A DNA stretch of 64,000 nt from the NCBI GenBank assembly GCA_038087875.1, contig CM075977.1:17794001-17858000 (forward strand). Direction: 5' to 3'. The DNA is from Malacoraja senta (lineage: Eukaryota). The position numbers and the translations under genes are program-made. This document shows positions 24,965-37,678 of this stretch, piece after piece. Under the pieces are notes generated by a model. The model saw only the letters and a program-made list of their open reading frames with translations, ran no database searches and was not told the origin of the DNA. Every line of letters starts with the position of its first letter. Position 1 is the first letter of the stretch.

Positions 24965-26668
24965 GTCAAAGCCAATGTAACACCTATATTTAAAAAAGGA
25001 AGTAAACAGAAGGCGGGTAACTATAGACCGGTTAGTCTAACATCGGTGGTGGGTAAAATGTTAGAGACAATTATTAAAGAAACACTAACGGGGCACTTGG
25101 ATAAACATGACTTCATCGGACAGAACCAGCATGGTTTTGTGAAGGGGAAGTCCTGTTTAACGAATCTGCTCGAATTCTTTGAGGAAGTAACAACCCGGGT
25201 GGATAAAGGGGAACCGGTGGATGTGGTATACTTGGACTTCCAAAAGGCTTTTGACAAGGTGCCACATAAGAGACTATTGCTAAAAATAAAAAATTATGGG
25301 ATTGGGGGTAATATATTAGCATGGGTAGAGGATTGGCTAACAAATAGGAAGCAGAGAGTGGGGATAAATGGTTCATACTCGGGATGGCAACCGGTAACTA
25401 GCGGGGTTCCGCAAGGGTCGGTGCTGGGACCCCAGTTGTTCACAATTTATATAAATGATTTGGAGGAGGGAACCAAGTGTAATATATCAAAATTTGCGGA
25501 CGATACAAAAATGGGAGGAAAAGTAGGGGATGAGGAGGATAGGAAGAGTCTGCAAAAGGATATAGATAAGCTAGGTGAGTGGGCAACAACTTGGCAGATG
25601 AAATTTAATACTAATAAATGTGAAGTCATTCACTTTGGGAAAAAAAATGATAGGGCAAGTTATTTTCTAAATGAGGTGGAGCTGCGTTGTAATGCAACGC
25701 AAAGGGATCTAGGGGTAGTAGTACATGAATCACTAAAAGTTAGTATGCAGGTGCAGCAAGCAATCAGGAAGGCCAATGGAGTTTTGGCCTTTATTGCTAG
25801 GGGGATTGAGTATAAAAACACGGAGGTCTTGCTGCAGCTGTACACAGTATTAGTGAGACCACATTTGGAATACTGTGTACAGTTCTGGGGTCCATACTTA
25901 AGAAAGGATGTACTGGCCCTGGAGGCATTGCAGCGAAGGTTTACAAGATTAATTCCTGCAATGAGGGGATTGACATATGAGGAAAGGTTAAGTAGGCTGG
26001 AACTCTACTCTTTGGAGTTTAGAAGAATGAGAGGCGATCTCATTGAAACATATAAGATCGTGAGGGGCCTTGATCGGGTGGATGCACCGAGGATGTTCCC
26101 AATGATCGGGGAAACTAGAACTAGGGGACATAGTTGTAGAATAAGAGGGGGCTCTTTTAAAACTGAGATGAGGAAGAACTTCTTCACCCAGAGGGTGGTT
26201 AATTTATGGAATTCACTGCCCCAGGGAGCAGTGGAAGCAGAAACATTAAATATATTTAAGTCTAAAATAGATGTTTTTTTAGCTGCCAAGGGGATAAGGG
26301 GCTACGGGGAGAGGGCAGGGATATGGACCTAGGTATGGTTAGTATAGTAAGACCTGAGTGATCTCCTGGACAAGTGTCGATCGCCTGGATTGGGGTCGGA
26401 GAGGAATTTCCCGGATTTTTTTCCCGAATTGGACCTGGGTTTTTATCCAGTTTTTTGCCTCCCCCAGGAGATCACGCGGTTCTTGGGGTGGAGAGGGGTG
26501 ATAGCGATATAAAGGGGAGGGTAGTGTCTTGTGTTCTGTGTCTTGTGTCTACTGTTTGTGGGTAAGGGTGTCTGTTTAGTGTTCAGCCATGAGCGAATGG
26601 CGGTGCGGGCTCGATGGGCCTGGTGGTCTACTCTCGCACCTACTTTCTATGTTTCTATGTTTCTATGT
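24965..26668 (+). mobile_element. CR1 LINE, 5'-truncated, with an uninterrupted RT frame to the native stop (26332) and a long 3'UTR
   Basis: Open from ANVTPIFKKG..NYRPVSLTS through KFADDTK to ERAGIWT*. (TTTCTATG)3 tail. Confidence 0.96.
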
Positions 26669-26699
26669 AGTCCTTGCGTAGGGTATTTAAGAACAAGCC

Positions 26700-27495
26700 A
26701 TATCCACACCAGAGTTAAACAAAACTTAGACAACTAGCTAATCACCACCATCCGATGCCACAAATAACTCGGCCAGGTTCCCTGCAATTCCTTCCCTAAC
26801 GTCCCACAATGACCTGGGGGACACTTGATCAGGTCCTGCAGATTTATCTACATTTAGGCATTTTAAGACCTTTGGCACCTACTCTTCAAACTTCACTATT
26901 AACTTTCCTGAGTTCTCTAGCATCCATGTCTATTTCCATGCCAAATTTAGATGAGAGATATTCATTGAACATCTTGCGCATCTTCTGTTACTTCACATCC
27001 TTGTTGATCTTTAAATGGGCCGATTCTCTCCCTGGTTATGCTTTTGCCCTTAAAATACTTATAGAATATGTTTGGATTCTTTATCTTATCTGCCAAAGCT
27101 ACCTCATTACTTTTTTGATTTTTCTGATTTCTCTCTTGAGGGTACTCCAACACGCTCTAAACTTCTTAAAGGATTCACATGATCCCAGATATCCATACCG
27201 GGCATATATCTTATTGTTCTTAACTAAAGCCTCAATATATCATCATCCAGGAATCCCTATACTGTCAGCCTTGCCCTTCATTTTAACAGGAAAATGCTGG
27301 CCTGAACTCTTCCTAACTCACACTTAAAAACCACCCACACGTGTCACTTTACCCGCAAACAGCCTTCCCCATACAATGTTTGGAAATTCCTGTCCAATAC
27401 ATCAAAATTGGCCTTGCCCCAATTCAACTTTTGGACCAGGCCTATCTTATTCCATAATGATTTAAAACCTAATAGAATTATGATCACTGGTATTT
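26700..27495 (-). mobile_element. Old CR1 ORF2 fragments (endonuclease-RT linker)
   Basis: LADKIKNPNIFYKYFKGKSITRERIGPFKDQQG in a minus-strand ORF. Confidence 0.7.
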
Positions 27496-28029
27496 CTATA
27501 ATATCTAATTAGGTATTTCCTCAATTAAATGGCTCTCTCACAGCCATTACTGGACATTCAAATAATTGCAGATTCTGTTCCTGCAGAGTTTCTGAGAGAA
27601 AGGTTTTTGCAGCATTAAATGCTGCAGAATTGCTACAACTTCTAACTCTAATGTAGAACAACACAGAATGCAGTCCAAACATGGCTAGTGAAAAGCTGCC
27701 TGCATTTTTGTGTGATTGGAAAAATTGGCGAGACTTTCATCTGGAAATGGCAGCATGGAATCGTTGGCCCCTTATTTTTGAGAACCTATTGAACTTGACC
27801 ACTAATTGCCTATTAAACCTGTTCCAGAATGCATGGACTGAAACTTTGCAATGTAAATACCTATCTAACAATATGTTGGTTATTTGCAAATGATCTAGAT
27901 CCTATTGTAAGCATAGATATTCTTAGATATACGTAAGTCTGAAGAAGGGTCCTGACCCAAAACAACACCATGTACTCCAGGGATGCTGCCGGACCTGCTG
28001 AGTTACTTCAGCATTGTGCCTTTCCTTGT

Positions 28030-28810
28030 ATATTCTTCCTCACCGTCCAATATACCACCAATCATGGTGTCATCTGCAAATTTACTAACAATGTTAATTA
28101 CATTGCCAGCTAAATCATTAATACATACTACAAATAGCAGGAGACCCAGCACTGACCCGTGGCACAACACTGGTCACAGGCCTCCAATCAGAAAAACGAA
28201 CTTCCACACGTGACTCGTTCCTCCCGCACTCCTTTCCACAATGACTCAAAGTCAATTTTGAATAAATTTGTCTAGTTCACCTTGGATTCCAAGTGATATA
28301 GCTTTCCAGACTAGTGTACCATGCAGGATTTTGTCAATAGCTTGCTAAAATTCATATAGACAATATGAGAAAGGGGTGATCAAATTTGTTTTGGGGTGTG
28401 GGGGGAGGGGAGGGTTGTTAGTTAGAAACTATCTAGCATTGGCGAATTCAATGGTCACTGAATGTGGATGATCAGCCATGATCACATTGAATGGTGGTGC
28501 CGGCTCGAAGGGCCGAATGGCCTTCTCCTGCATCTATTGTCTATTGTCATACCTTTGGGTTTCAAGCTACCTAAGTGGAATATGAGATGCTGTTTGTGCA
28601 GTTGCCATGACAACATCAATTGTCTTGGTGACCTCTTCAAAAAAATATCAGATTTGTGAGACATGATTTCCCACACACAAAGCCATGCTAACTATCTCTA
28701 ATCAGTCTCTGTCTATCCAAATGCTTGTTAATCCTGTTCTTCAGAATCCCCTCCAATTACCTTCCCGCTACTGACATCAGAGTCATCAGCCTGTGGTTTC
28801 CTGGATTTTC
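28030..28810 (-). mobile_element. Old CR1 RT fragments with nested CR1 3' tip (+, 28461-28547) and Penelope fragment (-, about 28548-28595)
   Basis: Reverse complement of SKFADDT and DFSK-type motifs. KQHLIFHLGSLKPKGM GIY-YIG tail. Confidence 0.65.
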
Positions 28811-29208
28811 TTTAGTTTTATATTACTAAATGTCTGATCTTTACCACTTCCTGTTGTTTTGTATATTGATTTTAGAAAAAATGCTGCAACTTATGGCTGA
28901 GATTGTTGGCCATCTTACTCAGAGTCCCCCTCCGCTGCGCAGGAGAAGAAGATTTTTCTCATCGAATAAAACTTAAAGAGTTATTAGTGTTTAAAAAATG
29001 TTGAGATTCTCTCTACTGAAGGCCACGCCCCTTCTGGAGGGACTATAAAACCTGGAAGTGTTGAGTGCCTCAGTCAGTCTCTGCAAGATGGGGAGCGAGA
29101 GGGTCACGTCTCTTAGTCTGAGCTGTGAATAACACGGAACACATGTCTACTAAACTTTGAGTGGTTTTACTGACCTGTCAGTGCCCTTAATGTGGTTTGA
29201 AAATATAG

Positions 29209-29417
29209 TTTGGAAATGCTAAAGCTGTGTTGCCTTTGGTTTGGAAATGCTAAAGCTGTGTTGCCTTTGGTTTGGAAATGCTAAAGCTGTGTTGCCTTTG
29301 GTTTGGAAATGCTAAAGCTGTGTTGACTTTGGTTTGGAAATGCTAAAGCTGTGTTGCCTTTGGTTTGGAAATGCTAAAGCTGTGTTGCCTTTGGTTTGGA
29401 AATGCTAAAGCTGTGTG
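29209..29417 (+). repeat. 31-bp minisatellite (TTTGGAAATGCTAAAGCTGTGTTGCCTTTGG), about 6.7 copies
   Basis: Near-perfect tandem copies. Confidence 0.95.
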
Positions 29418-29532
29418 CCTAATTAAAGTTGCCTTGCCTAATTAAAGTTGCCTTGCCTAATTAAAGTTGCCTTGCCTAATTAAAGTTGCCTTGCCTAATT
29501 AAAGTTGCCTTGCCAATTAAAGTTGCCTTGCC
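29418..29532 (+). repeat. 19-bp minisatellite (CCTAATTAAAGTTGCCTTG), about 6 copies
   Basis: Near-perfect tandem copies. Confidence 0.95.
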
Positions 29533-30176
29533 TTCTATATATAATTAAAAGTCTAATCTTGACCACTTCCTGTTTGCGTTTTATATTGATTTTTGAAAAA
29601 ATGCTACCATGTACGGCTGTGACTTTTGGCCACCTTACTCAGAGTCCCCCTCCGCTCATCAGGTACCGAGGATTTTTCCTATCGATGAAAAATAAAAGAA
29701 TTACTAGTGTTTTTTAAATGTTGAGATTCTCTCTCCTGTCAATCACGCCATGAAGGCCACACCCCTTCTGGAGGGAGGGGGAGGGACTATAAAACCCAGA
29801 AGTGTGGGCGTGGCTCAGTCTCTGCAAGATGGAGGAGGGAGAGGTCACAGTTCGCTGTCTTTAGTGACCTTGCACCCTGCTTGAAATGGTATGAAACTGC
29901 ACTTGAATTTGGTTGCCTTGCACCCAGCTTGAAGTGGAATTTCAAGGAATAGCCATGAGTCAACTGCCAGCCCACCAGTCGTGAGTGAGTGAGCGAGCTT
30001 CCAGCACAACAGGCTTGAGTCCCTTCAGCCCACAACACCCATACTAGCGCTCCAGAAAGCCCTCCCCCTCCCCCCACTGGCCACCAATATTGGAATTGGT
30101 GGAGAGGTGGAATATTACATTGGGGGAGCAGCCCTCCCGTGTGATGCTGGGACCCAACGGGTCCCACTTAGTCTAG

Positions 30177-30480
30177 TTTAGTTTAGAGATTCATCGCAGA
30201 AATAAGCCTTTTGGCCCTTCAAGTCTGCACCGACCAGCAATCTCTGCACACTAACAATATCCTACACACAATAGGGACAATATAGAATTTTACCAAGCCA
30301 GTTAGACAACAAACCTGTATGTCTTTGGAATGTGGGAGGAAACAAGAGCACCCAGAAAAAACCCAAGCATGGCACGGGGAGAATGAACATACTCCATAGC
30401 GATAGAACTCGTGGTCGGGATTGAACCCGGGTCTCTGGTGCTGTAAGGCAGCAACTCTATCGCTGCAGCAACATGCCGCC
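30177..30480 (-). mobile_element. tRNA-derived SINE (V-SINE/HE1-like)
   Basis: Head GGCGGCATG...CAGCGATAGAG, B-box GGGTTCAATCCC, (CTAAA)n tail. Related copies near 19150-19300, 38830-39035 and 50856-51134. Confidence 0.75.
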
Positions 30481-31024
30481 TAAAAACCGTGCCAAACTAG
30501 TAAACTTATTGCTTATTACAAAGTTAGGCAGAAAGTTAGAGGATGATGAGGGCCTTGACAGTTCGTGGTTATTTGCAACAGTTGTACAGATTTGAATGAT
30601 GAATTGTAGTTTCCAGGGACAGTTTTGTCGGACAATACCCATCTGTTTTGACAGTGATTACAGATAATTGTGTCAGTAATATACAAAAGGTGCAAGAAGT
30701 CTAGTCTGGTTCTAACTGATCTCCATGCCTCGGCTTCTTTCACCACTCATTATGCTTGGACAGCTGTTCAGGCAGTTTTACATTACTTTTCCTTTAATTT
30801 CCATATAGCTTGCAATTTTGTAATTAACAGTTGCTTTTCTCCTCCGAGGTGCATTTAATGTCTGTATTAAAATAGATTTTTAATATTACATATTCCCTTT
30901 CATCATCTTTGTGTTATTATGAAATTTTATATCCAAATTCACTTTCTGGAGATTTGCAATCGATACTGGGCTGAACGTGTTGCATGTGAAATTTCCCTTA
31001 AGTGAACAAAACTTAATGTGGGTT

Positions 31025-31505
31025 ATTTAGGTTTACAAGAATGATGTCAGGAATGAGTAGGTTAACATATCATGAGCGTTTGACGGCACTGCGCCTGTAC
31101 TCGCTGGAGTTTAGAAGAATGAGGGGAGACCTCTATTGAAATGTACAGAATAGTGAAAGGCTTGGAGAGAGTGGATGAGGAGAGGCTCTTTCCACTAGTG
31201 GGAGAGTCTAGGATTAGAGGTCCTCAGAATTAAAGGATGTTCCTTTAGGAAGGAGATGAGGAGAAATTTATTTGGCCAGAGGGTGGTGAATCTGTGGAAT
31301 TCTTTGCCACAGAAGGCTTTGGACGCCAAGTCATTGGATATTTTTAGACAGAGATAGATAGATTATTGATTAGTATGGGTGTCAGGGGTTATAGGGAGGA
31401 GAATGGGGTTAGGAGGGAGAGATAGATCAGCCACGATTGAATGGCTGAGTAGAAGTGATGAGCCGAGTGTCCTAATTCTGCTCCTAGCACTTATGACCTT
31501 ATGAT
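31025..31505 (+). mobile_element. CR1 3' fragment
   Basis: LYSLEFRRMRGDL and QRVVNLWNSLPQ plus 3'UTR. Confidence 0.85.
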
Positions 31506-32262
31506 AAAACATGCAAGTGCTATTAAAAATTAGTTCAAAGATTCTCTACGTTTCCGCACTTGACATTTCCATTTTCATCTCTCTGAATGAATGAGCATAA
31601 CACAATTTCTAAGTCCTCTGGCATCCATAAATCTACAGCATTAATATAAAACTGACATGAAATGTGCAAGGACATTTTAGGACAGAAGTCTATGTATAGC
31701 ATGAACTGAGTGGAAATCCATCAAAGATGAATGTGCACAGTCTTAGGAATGTGCCCCCACTAGGATCCCGTACAATTGTAACAATCAAACAGCTTTTGAT
31801 CCTTTGAAGGAATCATAGAACATAAAATAAATCCCAAATTCTGACAAAGATAATCTGTCCACTAAATGAATAGTGCAATGGGATTGTGAAAGTGGGAGAT
31901 TAAGAGGATGGATAATTTAGGAGACAACTGTCATATGCGGACCTTTTTAAGGCAACAACCCAATTACATTTTACATTGTCCAACAATGGTTGCTTTACTC
32001 CCTCTGCTGGATATCCACAGGACAAATGCTCAATGTGCACAACCTGCACAATTCTCCTTCAAAAAATACATTGCCATGTTTATCTACAATTTTAGTTTGT
32101 AACTTTCCTATTATTCTTGCCCACAACATACTAAACATCCATATAATTCACTGAATCCTGTTATAAATGAATATATATTAAAACTTGAAAAATGCTAGAA
32201 AAGCTAGCATGCCTTAATACACATGCCTCAATAGCATGCCTTAAAAGCTAGCATGCCTTAAT

Positions 32263-32358
32263 CCGTCTGAAGAAGGGTTTCGGCCCAAAACGTTGCCTAT
32301 TTCCTTCGCTCCATAGATGCTGCTGCACCCACTGAGTTTCTCCAGCATTTTTGTGTAC
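32263..32358 (+). mobile_element. Penelope pLTR with stuttered target-site repeats
   Basis: GTCTGAAGAAGGGTTTCGGCCCAAAACGTT. CATGCCTTAA(T) is repeated upstream and once downstream. Confidence 0.75.
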
Positions 32359-32570
32359 CATGCCTTAATACACGTTGTACATATAAAATGCTCATGGTCG
32401 GGATGATAAATATAGTAGTATGTTTTATTTGCTTACTTTAATCTACCTTTATCTCTTTTGAAGCCCTGTTACAAAAAAACAATAACATAAAGAGAAATGT
32501 ACTACTAAAAATAATTGACTTTTCTATTTTATAATTTACTTTCAAAGGATTTAAAAACTAATCCCTTAAC

Positions 32571-32627
32571 CTGTCCTTTCCTGCTGCCTGCACCAGCTAC
32601 CCTGCATCTGGTCATCAGTCAAAGACA
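32571..32627 (-). CDS. Candidate RIMS2 cassette, 57 nt (or 27 nt, 32601-32627), (V)SLTDDQMQGSWCRQQERT(G)
   Basis: ccttttgcatagttacag|TG TCT TTG...; two in-frame donors, CAGG|gtagct and ACAG|gttaag. Phase 1-1. The acceptor is only moderate. Confidence 0.35.
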
Positions 32628-33579
32628 CTGTAACTATGCAAAAGGCTGCATGAGGTTAGGATGAATTGAGATCTTAAAGGTGTTTGGTTTAGTGCAGACT
32701 GCTAATAACCAGAATTGTTGAGGACTACATTTGTAACATCTCCAAACTTATAACAGCAGTGGTGGAAACAAAAGTGGAGCTCATGTGATATTTTTCGATT
32801 GACAATTAGCCCACAGGGTTTTTTTTTTTTTAATATTGACGTTCGCTGTTCTTCTGGAATCTTGCCAAGTACAACTTGGTGGCTGAAAATTTTCAGTCGA
32901 GATACACTATTTTGTGATGTGAAATTCGCGCATCTAGTGAATTCAATAGATGCAGCTAACATGCTGTATAAGTTTGGAAATATTACATTTCCGGCTACTA
33001 ACATTTTGCATTCAATCAGCAAGAATAAATTTTTGTAGAACCGTAGAATTTTTATGATACATTTTTTTGTCGGAGGATGAACGTTTACCAAAACACTAAG
33101 TAATATGGTCGACGTCTAGCTCAATGCTGTTTTATTATCAGCACACGTACTTATGAATTTCATGCACCAACAATTTTAGAAGAGTATGTTGCTGCTCCTG
33201 GCATGCCATTAAAATAGAAACATGGAGCTTCAAACCAGTTGCATTGCACAAGGTGCCTAATAATGCACCCATGTCTAACAATATTAGGTCTGGTCAGTCG
33301 CTTTGGAATCAGCCAAAAATCTGCAGCTTTGGCATGCTAACCCCTTTTGTCACTTAAAGGAATGATAGAAATTAGCAAACATTTCTTGAATCATAGCATC
33401 TGCCAAAAGAAATCAACTAGCAAGGCAACCTCAAAGCAGTCAATGACCCCTTTACTGCTAAATAGAGATTAAGACTGTTTTGGACTAAAATCTCATGGAC
33501 TTATTCTGAAATTAGGAAATCTTGATACACAAGCTTCATATCTGTTACACTGGCTCACTTTCCATGGCCCCTTTATCCA

Positions 33580-34090
33580 CAGCTTTCGCAGAACACCTTC
33601 GCTCAGTCCGCCTGAACCTGCCTGATCTCCCGGTTGCCGGACACTTTGATTCTCCTTCCCATTCCTACACAGACCTTTTTGTCCTCGGTCTCCTCCATTG
33701 TCAGAGTGAGGCTAAATTGGAGGAAAAGCATCTCGTATTTTGCTTGGGCAGCTTACAGCCCAGTGGTATGACTATTGATTTCTCTCACTTCAGATAGCCC
33801 TGGCATTCCCTCACTCTCCATCCCTCCCTCACCCAAGTTGTACTAGCTTCTCATTTTCACCCAACAAACCGCTAACAATGGCCTGTTTCCTTTATCATTA
33901 TTACTTGTTTTGCATATGTTTCATTCTTTGTTCTTTATCTCTCCACATCACCGTCTATATCTCTATATCACGTTTCCCTTACCCTAACTAGTCTGAAGAA
34001 GGGTCTCGTTGCGAAACGTTACCCATTCCTTCTCTCCAGAGATGCTGCCTGTCCTGCTGAGTTACTCCAGCTTTTTGTGTCCATCTTTAG
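33580..34090 (+). mobile_element. Penelope-like element 3' end (GIY-YIG endonuclease C-terminus plus pLTR)
   Basis: FAEHLRSVR..LPVAGHF..EEKHLVFCLGSLQPSGMTIDFSHFR*. pLTR with CTGAAGA..GAAACGTT at 33993-34020. Confidence 0.85.
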
Positions 34091-34463
34091 CCATATTTGA
34101 TTGCCTCCCAGCATGCAAGAGAGCTGCACGAAGTCCCATAAAGATCCAATGACAGCGAAAATTGTTAAAAACCAGGGGAGTTGCAGATATTCGTTGCGAG
34201 CTAAGGTGAACTGTCCTTCTCTTTTATAATCTTATGTCCTTTGCATGGCTACCATGGTGGTATATTCTTGAGTTAAAATTGGAGTTGGGGCCTGAGGTTT
34301 TAATACAACTAGATCCAAGGTTAGGGTTATGATTAAGTGGGGTTGAGGAGTCACTTGGTGCATCGCCTAAACTTATCTGTTGGGGCCATTGCACCAGGCT
34401 GTTCCAAATCTCTTGCTCTACCTAGGTTCCAGCTTCAGGAAGGTTTTGCTAACATAGCATTTA

Positions 34464-34925
34464 AGGGGCTGTCCCACTTGGGCGACCTAATCCGCGAGTT
34501 CTGGCGAGTTTGCCCTCGACTCATACTCGCAGCATGTTCGACACAAGGTCCTAGGAGGTCTTTGTAACTCTCCTTCATGCTCGAGAGTAGTCCCCGTGTA
34601 CTCGAGGCCTCAGCTAGGTCGCGGCATATTTTTCAACGTTGAAAAATGCCCGCGAGTAATAAAAGGTCGGCATTGAAAAAATCAATACTTTTTTTACTCG
34701 TAGTTTTGGTCGTAGTAGGTCGTAGTAGGTCGGCATGCTAGTCGTATGTAATCGAGGGTAGTCGAAGGTAGTCGAAAGTGGTCATAGATAGTCTTCATCA
34801 TAGTCGAAGGGAGGTCGAAGGAGGTCTTCTACATAGTCAAAGGAGGTCTTCAACATTACATTTTTTCAAACTCTCCTAAACTCTTCTAAACTCGCCAATT
34901 AGGTCGCCGCAGTGGGACAGCCCCT
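34464..34925. mobile_element. PIF/Harbinger-type MITE
   Basis: TIR AGGGGCTGTCCCACT..GGCGACCTAAT, flanked by TTA/TGA. Confidence 0.8.
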
Positions 34926-35049
34926 TGATGCTTACACCTCAGCTTGAAAATGGATACTGAATCCTGATGCAATTATAGAACAAAGTTTATTAATTTAAAC
35001 AAAATCTCACTTCGTAACTACTGATGATTAAGGACGAAATGGGATTGGT

Positions 35050-36000
35050 ATAATAATAATAATAATAATAATATATCTTTATTGTCATTGTACAAGAACA
35101 ACGAAATTAAGATTGCAACCTCAGTATCAATGCTATAAAATAAATAAATACGTACAAATAGGTCCATGTACACTGAAGGGTCTGTCCCACTTGGGTGTCA
35201 TTTGCGTGTCATTTACGCTACATCATTTACGCGTCACGATGGTGAGGCGTGGTGGCGTAGGCAGCGACCAGTGGTCGCGCGCGGCGCCCCAGGATTTTGG
35301 GATTCACAAAATCTTTGCGCGCCACCTGCGTGACGTGCAAATGACGCGCAAGTGGGACAGGCCCTTTAGGTTAATAATTAACGCTGCTGTCACTGTGTTG
35401 AGATAAGTCAGTTGTGCCAGTTGATTATGGGGCAAAGACAGATTATGGGGAACACTTAGCAGACTGATTCAGTGCATTTATAGCTCTACGGAAAAAGCTA
35501 TTTCTCAGTGGAGGTATGGGCGTAAAAGGCCTTATAACGTCTGACTGATGGAAGAAGTTGAAACAGACGGTGGCATGGGTGTTTGGAGTCCTTACAGATG
35601 CTGATGGCTTTTCTATGGCAGCATGCGTTGTAGGTGTCTTCCAGGGCTGGGAGCTGTATCCCAATGATCTTCTGTGCTCTGGAGACAACCCGCTGGAGAG
35701 CTCTCTTATCCGCAGCTGTGCAACTAAGATACCACACAGAGATGCAGTATGTTAGGATGCTCTCTGTGGTGCAGCGGTAGAAAGTCACCAGCATCTGTTG
35801 CGGCAGACCAGCTTTTTTCAGCATCCTCGGGGAAAACAATGGTGCTTTCTTGACCAGTACAGTGGTGTTACTGGACCATGTGAGGTCCTCTGAAATGTGT
35901 GAGCCCAGAAACCTGAAGCTGGACACTCTCTCCACTCTGTCCCCGTTGATGAAGACTGGCGCATACTCATCATCCTGTGACTTTCTAAGAACTGACATCC
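35050..36000 (-). mobile_element. Rex1/Babar-type LINE 3' part (RT C-terminus) with (ATT)n tail
   Basis: VERVSSFRFLGSHISEDLTWSSNT..FYRCTTESILTYCISVWY..HPCHRLFQLLPS. Confidence 0.85.
35177..35365. mobile_element. PIF/Harbinger-type MITE nested in the Rex/Babar 3'UTR
   Basis: TIR AGGG(T/C)CTGTCCCACTTG, flanked by TGA/TTA. Confidence 0.8.
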
Positions 36001-36425
36001 TTTATTTTAATTGCCATGCCACATTATTTCTTTCTGGTGACAATAATTAAATCTGGGGATCTCCAAGCTTAGTTATTATATTAACTCCTTGAAAAGTCCT
36101 TTGATTTTTGACTTATCACATTGTCATAAAATAATGATTTATCATAAAATAAAATAATTCTTTCTGTCAACACATCAAACCAAAGAACTCCGGGTTTTGA
36201 TGAATAAAATTACACAATTTTTAAAAGCCAGATAAAAAGTTTATATAAACAATAGATACGCACACTGACAGAACAAAAACTAAAAGAGGAAGGCATGAGA
36301 AAAAAACTGGATCAAATAGTTAACATCAGGTCGCAGAGACATACATATAAATAATGCTGCAAAGCTGGGATCTATTCAACTAACATCTACATTTTAATCA
36401 CCCAAAAGCATTCAATGGAACTTGC

Positions 36426-36470
36426 CTTTCCTCCCGTTAACAGGTGTAAATTGAGCTTTCTCCTCAGCGT
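36426..36470 (-). CDS. RIMS2: Candidate RIMS2 microexon, 45 nt, (D)AEEKAQFTPVNGRK(G), GC donor
   Basis: gtgcttgtgttttttaatcttataaag|AC GCT GAG...AGG AAA G|gcaagt. The donor equals the GC-AG consensus AAG|GCAAGT. Phase 1-1. Confidence 0.6.
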
Positions 36471-37454
36471 CTTTATAAGATTAAAAAACACAAGCACTGT
36501 AATTAATAGACTGGCAACACATCAACGAAAAATAGGCTGATGGAATGCAATATCCTAACAGTACAATACATGGAAATGTTAATTGAAATTTGATTTAACA
36601 TGTTGTAAACTGCACATTGACACAAGTGGAAAACAAACATATACACGCTTATTCACACATACAATTCTCAAACATCAATTTGAATTAGGAAGCATCATTT
36701 CCTGATACAAATGGATGCAGTTAAAGGAGAGACATGAAGGTTTGAACACAACTGGAGTTCTTATTTCTTTTTAGGTTTAGCAGACATTTTACTTACTTTG
36801 TTAAAACACGCTATGATATATTTATGCCCTTGGTATAAAGAAACTGCTTCTTACAGAAGCTATGGTACATGTATTTCCCTATAAAGATCTCCATTATTTA
36901 CATTAGAGGTAGTTCAATGTTTATTGCTTAAGTGCTGGATTAGTGACACTATCCTTTCTTTCAACTATTTGTATTACAGTACAATTTGTAATTGTATTGT
37001 AATTGTAATTGTAATTAATTTATTAGCCAAGTATGTAAAAACATACAAGGAACTATGACAGAGGAGAGTACTTGTTTCATCACAAGGATTGAACAGGCAA
37101 CAGAATACTAGTGCTTCCAATCTTGTGCATTCAATTAGTTTGACCTCAGCTTCCATTGGCCAGTAACTATCCATTAAAGTCTCACAATGTCAATCTTGTA
37201 CCATAACTCATAATTTAATCATTTAAATTTCTGTAGGTCTTGGGGAAATCAATAAACTTTCCTTTGCTGATAACATTCCCCAAAATTATTTTCTTTAATC
37301 TTAAATCTTTAATGCTTAAAATTTCTGTGAACAATGCTTTTGCATATATACTTTTTTCAAATCTCCAATATATTTTCAAGGGAAAAAGTACTAACTGCAT
37401 TTTAAAAAACAGCTTGTTTCAAGAAATTAAAATATAAAGAGAATATTGTGGAAT

Positions 37455-37678
37455 TGTCTGTGGAATTCTCTGACTCAGAGGGCGGTGGAGGCAGGTTCTC
37501 TGGATGCTTTCAAGAGAGAGCTAGATAGGGCTGTTAAAAATAGCAGAGTTAGGAGATATGGGGAGAAGGCAGGAATGGGGTACTGATTGGGGATGATCAG
37601 CCATGATCACATTGAATGGCGGTGCTGGCTCGAAGGGCCGAATGGTCTACTCCTGTACCTATTGTCTATTGTCTATTG
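37455..37678 (+). mobile_element. CR1 3' fragment
   Basis: LWNSL..FKRELDRA plus 3'UTR and (TATTGTC)n tail. Confidence 0.85.

Larger units (their letters stand above)
28817..30176 (+). mobile_element. Non-autonomous Helitron with a duplicated 5' end and internal minisatellites
   Basis: 5' TCTATATATAATTAAAAGTC at 29534 and a degenerate copy at 28817. 3' hairpin TGGGACCC-AAC-GGGTCCCA (30148-30166), then CTAG|T at 30173-30176. No TSD. Confidence 0.8.

Noticed and set aside
25046-26332. 428-aa ORF as a host gene
   Set aside because: It is the RT region of a 5'-truncated CR1 lacking the endonuclease and promoter.
29209-29532. CRISPR-like array
   Set aside because: Head-to-tail repeats without spacers, in eukaryotic DNA inside a Helitron.
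32447-32465. Strong AG and GT pair enclosing 19 nt (or 29 nt)
   Set aside because: Not a multiple of 3 and contains TAA in phase 1. It also shows that good-looking site pairs arise outside the in-frame set.
32702-33091. 129-aa minus-strand ORF
   Set aside because: No recognisable domain or splice signals.
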